NCBI GenBank assembly: GCA_010405405.1
Contig: MU004242.1
Coordinates: 407,751-471,750, forward strand
Direction: 5' to 3'
DNA: 64,000 nt
Source: Microthyrium microscopicum
Lineage: Eukaryota
This document shows, one piece after another, positions 1 to 11,440 of this stretch. A program made the position numbers and the translations under genes. Within the stretch, counting starts at the first letter, position 1, and the number at the start of each line of letters is the position of its first letter. The notes below the pieces were generated by a model that was not told where the DNA came from, searched no databases, and saw nothing but the letters and a program-made list of their open reading frames with translations.

Positions 1-474
1 TCGCAGACCGCGAACGCTCGCTGGACTTCGACCCGGATTCTTTCTACAGCAAAGATCGTAGGTAAGTTTAGTCTCGGATGACAGTGTACGGACGACGCAT
101 ACATACCCTTCTGCTGCCGTAGACGATCACAGCGGTCTGTAGGATGAAAACTCAGCTAATTATTTTCAGTGGACAGTCACCAAGTCTTCATAGCATTCCA
201 GTGATTGAAGATCCTGAGAACCCTGGTCATTTTGTTCCGGACAACTTCACTAGGCACCGAGAGGAAGCCAAAGTACTGTGGGATCTTCAAGAACCACAAC
301 GTTTTTCAAGGAGACGACAACTGCTGGGAATGGCGGTTTCAGACCCGCACATCCTTCGAGCGAGATCCGGAGATGGACGTTCGAGCGGTGTTCAAGGGAA
401 AGGCTATGATGCAGATTTTGTGCGAAGTTGCTGGAGACTATGGAAAGTTATCAAGATTTGAAAGCATGGACTGA
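1..474 (+). pseudogene. 3' part of tandem F-box-like family copy 1 (truncated by window edge; apparent 2-nt deletion frameshift near 285)
   Basis: Exon to 61, phase-2 intron 62-169 (GTAAGT...GCTAAT...CAG), then SGQSPSLHSIP...DNFTRHREEAKVLWD in one frame and FKNHNVFQGDDNCWEWRFQ...LCEVAGDYGKLSRFESMD* in another. Joined, they align with copy 5 (DNFLPHRIALKAVRDAFREVGVFQGEEKCWEW). Could be an assembly error. Confidence 0.7.
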
Positions 475-1215
475 GCAGTCAGAGGCCACGGTGCACGTTC
501 TGGGAACTGTGATTGCGGTTTACCGTTCCTTTGCTTTATTCTTTCCGCTTTACAGAACGTCCCATGAAGTCTTCATTCTATCGACAGGATAATTCTCCTT
601 CTTTCCCCACAATATGCGATTTGCCTTCGAAGGAGAATTGATTTGCCCAGAGAAGCCGCGATTATCGAAAGCCTAGACTGAAAAGCGATCGGATGGATTG
701 CGGTATGAAATTCTCAGGTGTATTATAGCTTTTAAAAGTTTTGATTTCTATATTTGATGTTTTCGAGGAAATCACCGTCACTTACTTAACCTAGATTCGA
801 GGCGACTTGATGTCCTTCATGTTTGAGCCTTCCCAACTCTACAAACTCCCTGCTTAAGTTGTTCGACATCGTATTTGTGCTCATGCAAGGAACTTGGAAG
901 AATGTGCGCTCTCCTGAAAGCTGCTGTGGATAGTCTTTGTGACAAGCAGAAGATCAGAGACAACACACTCGAGGAGAGAAGTCACCCTCAAGAAGACACG
1001 ATTTCCTCGATTGAACTTGAAAGTTCGTACAATCTTCGGATTCTTTAGATCTGGTACCTCTGTATGTCTAACTCACACTACTTTGGCTTCGCGACCTACT
1101 CGGTCCCTCAATCTCACACACTCAACCGACAAATTCATCCCTTCTACTCCGCACTGTCCGCATTCCCAGCCCACATCTTCTCCCACGTAGGACTTCTCCT
1201 CCATCAAGCGACGAG

Positions 1216-2298
1216 ATGAAAACGATGGCAACCACCTCCTCCAACAACTCCGATGGTGCCAGGAAAGGTATCAGCGACCCTCAGCCTCCATGCTACCTAC
1301 AGCAGGTCCCAACAGAAATTCGTCTCGAAATTTTCCGCCATCTCCTGACTATTCCATCCGAATATTCTGTGTCCTATCTTCGGACAGTCAAGCAACATCC
1401 TTTTACGGACAATGACGAGCTGGAGCCATATGTCAACGTCTATTACCCTGCGTCTCCCACAGCTCAGAAGGGCGCTAATATGGGACCTTTATATCGCAAA
1501 ATATACAATAGACCCTTCGATACGATTCCTCGTGGGACTTTCCTCTACCCTCAAATTCTTGCAACCTGTCGATTGTTTAGCACCGAAGGCCACGAAATTC
1601 TACTGACTGACAATACGTTCCACCTCAAAAATCCATCTTGGTTCACAGAGTTTGATGTGCCGACGCCATCCGAACTCGAATTACATGAGATGTGTCACAT
1701 CAAGTCAAGCACCATTCGACATTTGCAAGTCGCACTGGCGGACATATTCTTTGGAGACATCTCCTGGACTCATATCTACACTCGCTTTCCTGTTGTGACG
1801 TCCATAACTGGAACTCTTCGTTCAGGGTGGCTCGAACACATGGAAGGCGCCTGGTGGGATCGTTTTCTGCATCATGTAGAGCAGCTTTCTTTCCTTAAGC
1901 GCTTTGAGTGCGCGATCTGCGAGGACTCGGTGCTCGATGAGGACTCGATGCTCAACAACGGAGGCATATCCGAGCAGCTGGTGGAAAATGAGCTTCCTAT
2001 TGTTCCTAACAAGTTCGACGTGCATCGCAAGTATATGAGAGCCATGCACAAACTCTTCCAACGTCGAGGCATCTTTCAAGGAGATGACAATTGCTGGGAA
2101 TGGGAGTTTGAGACAGTAACTTCTTTTAAATATTCTACAAACCCTCAATCTATCGCTAAGATGATCTTCAACAGAAGCAAGATGATCTACAGCGAAGAAA
2201 AGAAGAAGAAAGTGTACATGAATCCCGCTGCAGGCACTGTGTTGTGCAAAACTACGGGAGACTATGGCCATATGTCGCGTGTGGAAAGTCTGGACTAG
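1216..2298 (+). CDS. Tandem F-box-like family copy 2 (intronless, 360 aa)
   Basis: N-terminal CYLQQVPTEIRLEIFRHLL, internal LYPQILATCRLFSTEGHEILLTDNTF, C-terminal FQGDDNCWEWEF...VLCKTTGDYGHMSRVESLD shared with the paralogues. Confidence 0.85.
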   Translation: MKTMATTSSNNSDGARKGISDPQPPCYLQQVPTEIRLEIFRHLLTIPSEYSVSYLRTVKQHPFTDNDELEPYVNVYYPASPTAQKGANMGPLYRKIYNRPFDTIPRGTFLYPQILATCRLFSTEGHEILLTDNTFHLKNPSWFTEFDVPTPSELELHEMCHIKSSTIRHLQVALADIFFGDISWTHIYTRFPVVTSITGTLRSGWLEHMEGAWWDRFLHHVEQLSFLKRFECAICEDSVLDEDSMLNNGGISEQLVENELPIVPNKFDVHRKYMRAMHKLFQRRGIFQGDDNCWEWEFETVTSFKYSTNPQSIAKMIFNRSKMIYSEEKKKKVYMNPAAGTVLCKTTGDYGHMSRVESLD

Positions 2299-2907
2299 AT
2301 GGCTACAGCTCTCATTTGACTGAGAGCGAACAATCAGGAACATGGAACGGTTAGGTAGGACACACATATTTTCATATCTGAGCGCAAGAGGCGAAGCAGA
2401 ATATCTAACTCGGCAACTATTCGTAGTCAGTAGCAGATATACAAGGCCTAATAAGATATTTTGCTGGTATCAGTACAACAGACTTGTTGACCACATCAGT
2501 TCCTAAAGCAGCACCTGCATTCAATGCATCTGGATAAAAATCAAGCAATACACAGTTACACACTTGCGGAATTTTTACCTCGACTCGGGGATGTCAACTT
2601 GTGCGGGCTCCTGAGATGCGAAAAATATAACACGTCCTGAGCCAACAAGAAGTCTGGGTGACGGGTGCGAACCGTGTGATGCATTGGTGAATGGTGATAG
2701 CGGATTTTGGTGTTGAGTTTATCCCTGGGGCTGTCGTTTTCGTGGATGGGGCTACGGTGGAGCCATGAAACGAACTCCTGAGCTTGAGTTCAGAGACAGA
2801 TATCATTGCTTCTAACCTCTCACCGCCATCGTTGACTAACCTTTGACAATCAATTCATTCTGCTTGAGGGAACTCCTTGGCTGTCACTGCGGAGAACAAC
2901 AGAAAGA

Positions 2908-5317
2908 ATGCTGTTGACAGACCTACCTGTTGATACGATACGCGACATCATTGATGCGGTGAGCGTCTTCCAGTTCAAGTGGCCTTTCAATGATTTTGTG
3001 ATTGATCTGACACTCAAATAGCTGCCAACCCGTCAAGATATCAAAAACTTTTCTGAAGTCTCAAAATCTCTCTATTCTTGTGCTATTCCAGTCTTGTACA
3101 AATCCATCGTTGTTTGTATTCCAAATGAATATTTCATTGACCATCCAAGAGTACCAAGACCCCCAAAAGGTACGGATTGTTATGATCCTCCAGAGGCCCC
3201 AAATCTCTCAAACAGTGTGAGCAGCAGCAGACGGCCTTTTCATTACACCGAGGCCCTAGAATTCAGGGCCAACTTTCACACCAGACTCTCGAGAAGATGT
3301 GTCCATGAAATTGAATCACAAGGTCTCGAAGACAAATTTCCCGAGTCACCCGGAAGTAAGGTATCTTTCGAATCCGATAGCCAGATTCAACATTTGAGAA
3401 CTCATGAATTCACCGTTGTATCAAAGCGAATTTTGTATCTGCTAAGACAACTCAAAGACGATAGTCTCAAATCTTTCAGGCAAGTTCATTCGCCAATTCA
3501 GTATCGACCTGTGTTGACACAAGTAGCTGGAACTATGGAATTTGCGTTTCAAAAGAGATACTTGGTCAGTCGGGCTATCTTGGATCCAAGCAATCCCGGA
3601 TTGAGTCGCTACGCTTGATCACAGACACTAACTGCGAATGGCATGAGAGATTTGGAAAGGATGAACGACTGGATCTGACCAATTTTACCAAGCTCAAACG
3701 GTTGTCCTGGCTTGCAATCTCGACAAGGCATGATTTCGAATCTTTGCGTGATGGTCTGCGTGTCTGCGCAAACAACCTCACAGAGCTTGAGCTGGATGGT
3801 ATTGCTTATTTGAACGTAGCCATGGAGTTGGACGATTGGGATGGACGATATGATGCCGGACCCGATGACCACGATGAAGACTCGGATATCGACGATGAAG
3901 GCCGACAGACTCCAGACGAGATTCACGCGCTTGGCGGCCTAGACTCGGCAAATGTCTTTGCTGAAAAGATCCTCGAGCTTCGCCCAAAAGGTACTCACGC
4001 AATGTTTTCATCCCTTAGAGTACTCTCACTGGGCGCCATAACGCTGGGCAAGAGCTTCTCCAAAGAACTAGCATATGCCCTCAACGCTAGTCAACTCCAT
4101 TCGTTGAAGCTTCGATTCTGTCCCGGGTGGGAACATCTCCTTCCTGCTATCTGCGAAATAGTCCCAGAAGACGCCCTGCGACTCAAGTCCTTTGAGCTAC
4201 AATCAGCCTTCGAGGCTCAGCCGCCACCTCGTGGGGAGAAGGCGAAAGGGCTGGCGGCCATCGAGAAGTTTTTGCAACATTTCCAAGGCCTTGAAGAGTT
4301 GTGTATGAGCACTCTCCCACCATTAGCCGGTAAATGGTTGTGGAGCGCCGCAAGTCATCATAAGGACACTTTGAAACGATTTGTCAACCATGTAATCACT
4401 ATTGGACCATTTAACGAGGCGTTTGATGACAGGCACATGGCAATACTCCCCGCGGACTTTTCACAGCTAGGGTCGACGCCAGAATACACTTCCTTGGCCC
4501 CTGCCAAATTGGAATTCATCGGGCTATCCTGTCTGCCTGTACTTTTTGTAAAACCTCCTCCTTTCAGGCCTGGTATACCATAATGCTAACATATTCATAG
4601 AAAAGGCTTCTTGCGCCCATGGCACCCAACTCGAAATTGAAAGTGATTCATGTACGGCAATCCGGTAAAGATCGTGCACACTTCCCTAGCTACGCTGAGG
4701 AGAACCCGGAGCCCTTTATGATTAACGCCCTCCACCAGGAAGACCACCTTTTAGAAGCCAGATTTAGTGAGCCTGAGCCAAGTGATCCCGTCCCAAAGCC
4801 AAATACGAAGGGCAAGAAAAAGAATGAGATGCCTGATCTTGACGATCTCCCACCACTCAACAAGGCGTTTCACAACTTCGCCAGCTGGGCGTTTCGCCAC
4901 TCTGGCTTCCCATCCCTAGAAGCTATACTGTATGGAGACTTGTCGTACAATGAGAGATATGAGGGTAATTTTGTCCTTACCCGACGTGAAGTGGAAGAGT
5001 GTGCTAAAGGAGGGCCCCCGTTCCGCAAAATGAAAGACGTTGCGAAAGATGATCATGTGCGCCATCTGATTGAGAAATATTCGACAGCGATAAATGCTTG
5101 TCCGACTGATCTGCTCCTCAAAGATGAGGAGGAGGATGGAAACGACTTTGCCGACGACGACGATGATGACGACATGGGCTTTGTTAACGATGACCTTGAC
5201 AGGTACGGTTTCGATGATGGAGACAGTTACGAGGGTAATGACGATGACGACGACGATGACGAAGATGATCTTGAATGGATGCGCGCAGCTGTCAGACGGC
5301 AGGGCCTAGCATTTTGA
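2908..5317 (+). CDS. F-box domain protein with LRR-like body and acidic C-terminal tail (4 exons)
   Basis: Exons 2908-2958, 3022-3479, 3527-4547, 4601-5317 splice in frame. Starts MLLTDLPVDTIRDIIDA/LPTRQDIKNFSEVSKSLYSCAIPVLY (F-box-like). Repeated LxxLxL segments; D-rich tail. Intron 2 is GC-AG. Confidence 0.8.
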
Positions 5318-5802
5318 AGATGAATAGAACCTAGCTTTCGGACCAGCTGTCTTTGCAACTGTTGCTCATTCTCCTTCCAAGTGTATGTCTAGATTCCTTC
5401 ACGGAGGACGGATGTTATGTAGTCATTCTGACATTGCTAACTTCTTTGCCTTGAGCCTTCTGAGGTTGTTGTATAGCCCAGTAGATTGGAGATTTCGCTC
5501 GGTAAAGAGAGAAGCAATACCGCCTCAAAGAAGAGACGTTACTGTTGAGAAGAGATATGAACCTCAAGACGAGAAACCACACCCTATTGGAGCCCACCTT
5601 TTAATCTCGGCAGCCATCGTCGCCTAGGACTTCGCACTCGCACTTTTAGGCTCGAACACAATTTGACTCTGCTTTACACACTTTTAGCATCATCGAAGCT
5701 TGAAAAACTTCTTCCATATTCGACACCCTCGCCAAAATATTTCGAGCTATGTCTTCCGCTGATGGCGAGGATTCCGAGCTCTCGTTCGCCGATTGGATAG
5801 AC

Positions 5803-7024
5803 ATGGCGAATTTATCACTTAGCAACAGTCCTGCAAGCGTCAGCAAAGATCTCAGCGTCGATTCAATCGATCCACGGCGTTGCTATCTTCAAAAAGTCCC
5901 CCCAGAAATCCGTCTGGAGATTTTCCGTTATTTGCTGGTTGCACCGCCCGGTTATTACATCCATGAGCTCCTGAGTGAGTCTTCTTGGACAAAACCGGAT
6001 CCCGAAGAACATCACAACACCGATCGAGTTCCAAATCTCATCGTCTACCACCCAACAAACAAAAACTGGATGTATGATAAAGAATACCCAGTTTGTCGCA
6101 AAATTTATGGCCGACCCATCAATGAGGTTGGTCAACCGTTCGAGTTGTATCCTCAAATTCTCGCCACATGCAAATTGTTCAATAGCGAAGCTCAATACAT
6201 GTTGTTCAGTTGCAACACATTCAGCCTAGCAAACCCAGGTATACGTCTCTACAGAACCTGGCGCGTCCCGTTTGATTTGGCAGAGGTGCAATACAACAAA
6301 TCATGGACCATCAAATCCTTACGCTTAGATTTCAAATTCGGAGGTTCGCAATTTGAGCGTCGGGACTTTTGGGCTTATATCGACAAGTTCTTCCCGAACG
6401 TTTCGCAAATAACTGGCATCATCTCCTTAGAAGATGTACATGTACGTTGCATCATGCCGGAATGGCTATACTGCCTCGCACGACATATGCAAACACACGC
6501 ATCTCCAAAACGATTGGAGTGCTTGATCTACGACACGGGACTATTCAGCATGACGACACGAGAAACGGATCGTCATACGTACGAATGCAGCCTTAACAGC
6601 ATGTATGTTATTTCTCCTAAAGAAGCAATCCCACGCATAGAGTTCAATGTCTGCCAGTGGGAACTAGTCTTCAATTTCATTGCTAATAGGCGTTCATAGG
6701 TATGCACAGCCCAGAGTCTCTCAAGGCGATATTGCTGGGCCTTCGGAAAGTGAGCTAAATGCCACCTTGCACCCTCACGTTCCCAGCTTTGTTGGGCATC
6801 GCCTGATCATGAAGCGGATGAAGGATCTCTTTTATGACAACGGGTATTTTCAACGCAATAACAACTGCTGGCAATGGGAGTTTGAGATCATCACTTCGTT
6901 TCGCTATCCTTCATGTCCTCAGATCATCGTCAAGATGATTTACAACCGTAATCCTGGAAATACAGTACTGTGTAGAGTGACGGGCGACTTTGGCAACATG
7001 ACGCGAGCCGAAGTTCTGGACTAG
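5803..7024 (+). CDS. Tandem F-box-like family copy 3 (2 exons; alternative start 5749)
   Basis: CYLQKVPPEIRLEIFRYLL and LYPQILATCKLFNSEA...NTF. Phase-2 intron 6603-6699 (GTATGT...GCTAAT...TAG) joins to exon ending FQRNNNCWQWEF...VLCRVTGDFGNMTRAEVLD*. Confidence 0.82.
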
Positions 7025-7565
7025 ACGGCTTCAGGCCAGGAATGCCGTTTATATATGAGATACCTACCTAGGTACTTGTATAGATACCAATGCAAAAGAC
7101 ATCATGTCATCAGCCGACCGAATGATAGTACATGTCCTGTATGATTCCAAAGATGTTCTTTCTATCCTTGAGGCTTTTCTATTGCATATAACACACAACG
7201 AACGCAGATTCCTGGAACATAGTAGGAGGATGAAGATTCCGGAAAGAGCTCCGGAGGGTATGGAGGGACTCGATATTTGGAAGGAGCGCCGGGAATCTTG
7301 TGCATCAAGAATGTCAGGAGCCTTTGATACATGGAGAAAGCACGACTCACAACTAATTTTCAACCTCACACTTTGAACTCAGATGCTTTCACTTTTATCG
7401 TTTAGCTCGTTCATGCTGTAGCCTAGAGAGACTTAAACCCCTCTCACAGCCTACTCTTTTTATTTGTTCCTCTTCTCGCTCCTTATAACTTCCACCCCTA
7501 CTCGCTATCACAACCCATAACCTTAAACTCTTCACCATTGCGCTATCGTATGACCCAACAAAAAG

Positions 7566-8597
7566 ATGGCATCTTCAACTACTCGAGCCTCTGAAGGCGA
7601 GAACAAAGATAGCAGCGTGTCTCAGAGTCAGCGTCCATGCCATCTACAACAAATCCCTCCTGAACTTCGCCTCGAAATCTACAGTCACCTCTTGATTGCT
7701 CCAGCAGATTACTATATTGATAGTATTGCGACTGAGGAGGGAATTTCACAACTAGCTGACGTCTATCGGCCGCTCACCCTTACAGCCGAGGAGCCAGATT
7801 ATGGCCATAATGTCAGTCGACTAGCAAGCAACTGGACGCGGAAAAGAACGTTTGTCTTGTATCCTCAGATTCTTGCCACTTGCCGGCTCTTCTACGCCGA
7901 AGCTCGCAATGTTCTTCTTACCAGCAATACTTTCCAGCTAAGAACCTTGGTCGAAGTGCTAAATGAGACCGGCCGCTTGACGTTCACTAAAATGCCTCGA
8001 AAACTATTTTCCGAGATCCGATCTTTACAGGTAAAGCTCGGATTTAATCTGATCTCTACGCAAAGTTTCTGGCATCGTATCAACCATTTCTTTCCTGCTG
8101 TCACCACCATTACTGCATTTATGGACGTAATGCGGAGCCCACAACAAGAGGATTTTGAACAGGTACTCGACTTTTTCGCGCAACAGGCGGCAACACATCC
8201 TTCTTTGGCACACTGCGAGTGCGTGATGTATGACGATCACAAGTTTGGTCCTGAATGGGTTTACACAGGCTCTGAAGAGCTCATTTCCTCCACTGAACCT
8301 AGAGTACCCGACCATTTTGAATGGCATCGACATAAAATGAACGCCATGCGAGATGTGTTTCGTGCTGGTAATGTCTTTCAAGGGCATGAGAACTGCTGGG
8401 AATGGCAGTTCGAGATCGTGACCTCTTTCGAAAGTCCACATTATCCTCTGAAACTGGTCAGAATGATCTATGACAAAAAGAAGATGAAGTACGACGAAGA
8501 GCTGAAGAAGAAGGTGTACTGCAAGAATGCTACAAGCACTGTGTTGTGCACAATCAAGGGGGACTACGGCAACATGTCGCGCATCGAGGAGCTGTGA
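7566..8597 (+). CDS. Tandem F-box-like family copy 4 (intronless, 343 aa)
   Basis: CHLQQIPPELRLEIYSHLL, LYPQILATCRLFYAEA...NTF, FQGHENCWEWQF...VLCTIKGDYGNMSRIEEL*. Confidence 0.85.
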   Translation: MASSTTRASEGENKDSSVSQSQRPCHLQQIPPELRLEIYSHLLIAPADYYIDSIATEEGISQLADVYRPLTLTAEEPDYGHNVSRLASNWTRKRTFVLYPQILATCRLFYAEARNVLLTSNTFQLRTLVEVLNETGRLTFTKMPRKLFSEIRSLQVKLGFNLISTQSFWHRINHFFPAVTTITAFMDVMRSPQQEDFEQVLDFFAQQAATHPSLAHCECVMYDDHKFGPEWVYTGSEELISSTEPRVPDHFEWHRHKMNAMRDVFRAGNVFQGHENCWEWQFEIVTSFESPHYPLKLVRMIYDKKKMKYDEELKKKVYCKNATSTVLCTIKGDYGNMSRIEEL

Positions 8598-9407
8598 TAC
8601 GACTGGAATCCCGGCAAATTCATTGGCATCAGTTTCGAAAATCAAGAGCATGGGACTTTCAGGCTGAATGAGCGTTCGGTAACAAAGCTAGGCCAATAGA
8701 ACGCCAACGTGTGGTACTCAGGCTAGCTTTGCGGCGACACATGGCCGCTCAGATTTCAGGTTGAAGGTTGCCTCCCCAAGTGAGAGCGAGATGACATCAA
8801 AAAGGTTTGGAGTAATGAATGAGGACGGGCCCGAATTTTGAAGACTGCTTTTGCTTCACCTGCTGTGTACAAATATTGACGAGGGAAACGATGGGGGGAA
8901 AACCGGCAAACTTGTATTCTCGTTCAGCATAGCCGTGGATCAATCAGTAATAAACGCTTGGCTATATCATCTTTTAGTGAAGGGCGCTTTTCTCCGACAA
9001 GATGCTTGTGAAAGAAGCTGTAGCTGCTCTACACAGTCGAATACGATATATGTCTATGCTGAAAAACAAATCAATGCCTTCATAAGGAGCAGATGGCACA
9101 AAGCTATAGTTCAATGACCTCGGCCGGCATGCAACCTCATCTGCCAATGTCTTGCAAAGAGGTTGTTGATTGAGCCACCTCCATACGCATCTGTAACCAC
9201 CCGCCTAATCGCAACCTTGGTGAATTCGCCTTATCGCTTCACTGCCATGAGAAGCGAGGTCTTCTTGAATGCTCGAGCGCTTTGCGACCAAGTTCTCTTC
9301 TTTGCAACATTTCCATCCCTTTACCCGCCTGTTCATTCCTACATATGCGCACCCGGCTCTCCGATTTCTTGCTTTGTCGTGCCATCGGCTTACAAACAGA
9401 TCGCCAA

Positions 9408-10637
9408 ATGAACAACGCAACTTCTCAAACCTTATTGCAAACAATGGTGCAACAGCAAGACCATCAAACTTCCAACCAGCCAACATGCTATCTGAAGGCA
9501 CTTCCTTACGAGACACGCCATCAGATCTTTCGAAATCTCCTTAAACTTCCCCCAAATTGCTATATAAAGAGTATTGGTTTCTATATAGAGAGCCTCGGTA
9601 TCAAAGTTCATGGTACACCAGATCCATCGTACACCATCGTTCTTCCTACACGATTGAGTGAACGATCTGAAGGAATCTATCAAAAGAACTATGGATCTGG
9701 CCTCAACAACAGCTTTGTCGGTAAATGCAAGCTGAATCTTGGCATTATCCACACCTGCCGCGACTTCTACTTTGAGGGTGTCGAAATCCTTCACGGCATG
9801 AATATTTACGAAATCAAACAATTATATAAAGAACATCCCGGTTCAAAATACCTGCCGACGATGCTCCAGCTGCCTTCCTACACCGCCATCACATCACTTC
9901 ATTGCGAATCAATCTCCTTCATTCGCTCGAAAACTTTTGGATATTGGTGCACAATCAACTCCCGGCTCTCAGGTCGATATATGGCGTAAGTGGCGAAAGC
10001 CACACGTCATTCCACCTAAATCACTCATTCATAGGACCCTTTCAATCCGCAGGATGGTGGAAAGAAATGGTCCTCGGTATTGAGAAACATCCCTCTTTGG
10101 AGATATTTCAATGCTGGACCGAAGATCAAGGGGTATACTATCCTGCTACATGGCCAGAGGACCCTGACTGGCGCTATAGATATAGATCTTGGTAAATTCA
10201 TTGCCTCTTGCATCAGCAATCTTCGTTTACCTGTCTTGCAAAGCGAGACCCCCTTTGAGCCGCCTGAAAATAGAAAACGTTAGACGGCATGTAGCTGATT
10301 GCCTTTTAGGACCGCATCCATGTCGAACAAACCCATCTTCGTCCGCCACGAAAGACAGAAGAAAGGGTATTTACGAGCCATTCCCGTTCCAGACAACTTC
10401 CTTCCGCACAGAATCGCATTGAAAGCTGTGAGAGATGCTTTTCGCGAGGTTGGAGTATTTCAAGGTGAGGAGAAGTGTTGGGAATGGCAGTTTCAGTCGA
10501 TTTCTGTATTTGACCATGACCCTCGTGCTCGCGTTGGGTTCATCTACAAGAAGAATCCCCGCAAAGAGGTATTATGCGAGGTCATTGGCGACTATGGACA
10601 GCTTTCGCGTATGGATAAGTTAGATAGATCGTCCTGA
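9408..10637 (+). pseudogene. Tandem F-box-like family copy 5 (2 exons; apparent 1-nt deletion frameshift near 9902)
   Basis: CYLKALPYETRHQIFRNLL... reads to TAITSLH, then continues as LRINLLHSLENFW in another frame (CATTGCGA where CAT TTG CGA is expected). Phase-2 intron 10192-10309; last exon FQGEEKCWEWQF...VLCEVIGDYGQLSRMDKLDRSS*. Confidence 0.72.
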
Positions 10638-11440
10638 GAGACGCTATATCGAGACTCTCTGTGGACAAACGGCTGCGGTTTAATGTGATGGTGGGCTGTC
10701 TACGTATCATGATAGACGTAGCACAAGGCGAAAAGCCTCAAGTTGTTGAATGACTTGTTTAATCGATCACTTTTCTTGAACCAAGTGCTACCCATTTATC
10801 TGTGCCTCTCAGTCGTATATCTGCCAATTTTCCTCACAGACAGTACAAGAGGACACCCTACTTCCTATAATATGTGATAGCCTGCCGAAAGTTCTGCGTA
10901 ATCGACGGAACATAATTAAATTTCTAGCATAACAAGCCAACTATTCTGTTCATCACTTGAACAGCTCTTGAAAATAACAACTTGAAGATTTGTTCGGCCA
11001 AGTGAGTTCCGTGATCTCTTGCCAGCAAAATGGCCTGCCGCATTTCTCTCGATTTCATATATTTTAAAAACTTGTTTCTGGGATTTCTGGCTGATAGGGG
11101 CAAGCAATTAACGTCATAAGTGGTTGCTTCCCAGTTCTGCGCATGTGCATCCCCTCCAAAACCTTGTCAACCCACGTTTGATGCCATGTGTTTGGAATGA
11201 TCGACAACCACTCCCTTGAATTACGCGCGACTTCATCTCTCTTTGTTTATGAAAGGCTAATCTGTCGGCTGCAATAATCATCAAACCCACTGGAAATCAG
11301 CCATCCTGACTCGATTCAACCGCATTGTGTCCCACGTGTTACGATCTACCAAGAGCTCAAAGCCACCTAAAGCGCCAACCTCAACATCGCTCTGGTCATC
11401 TCCAAATCCTTTGGCCGGCCCCGTGTGGCCAGAGGACAGC

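Noticed and set aside
7104..7376. 90-aa ORF between array copies 3 and 4
   Set aside because: No similarity to the family and no motif; overlapped by similar-length antisense ORFs.
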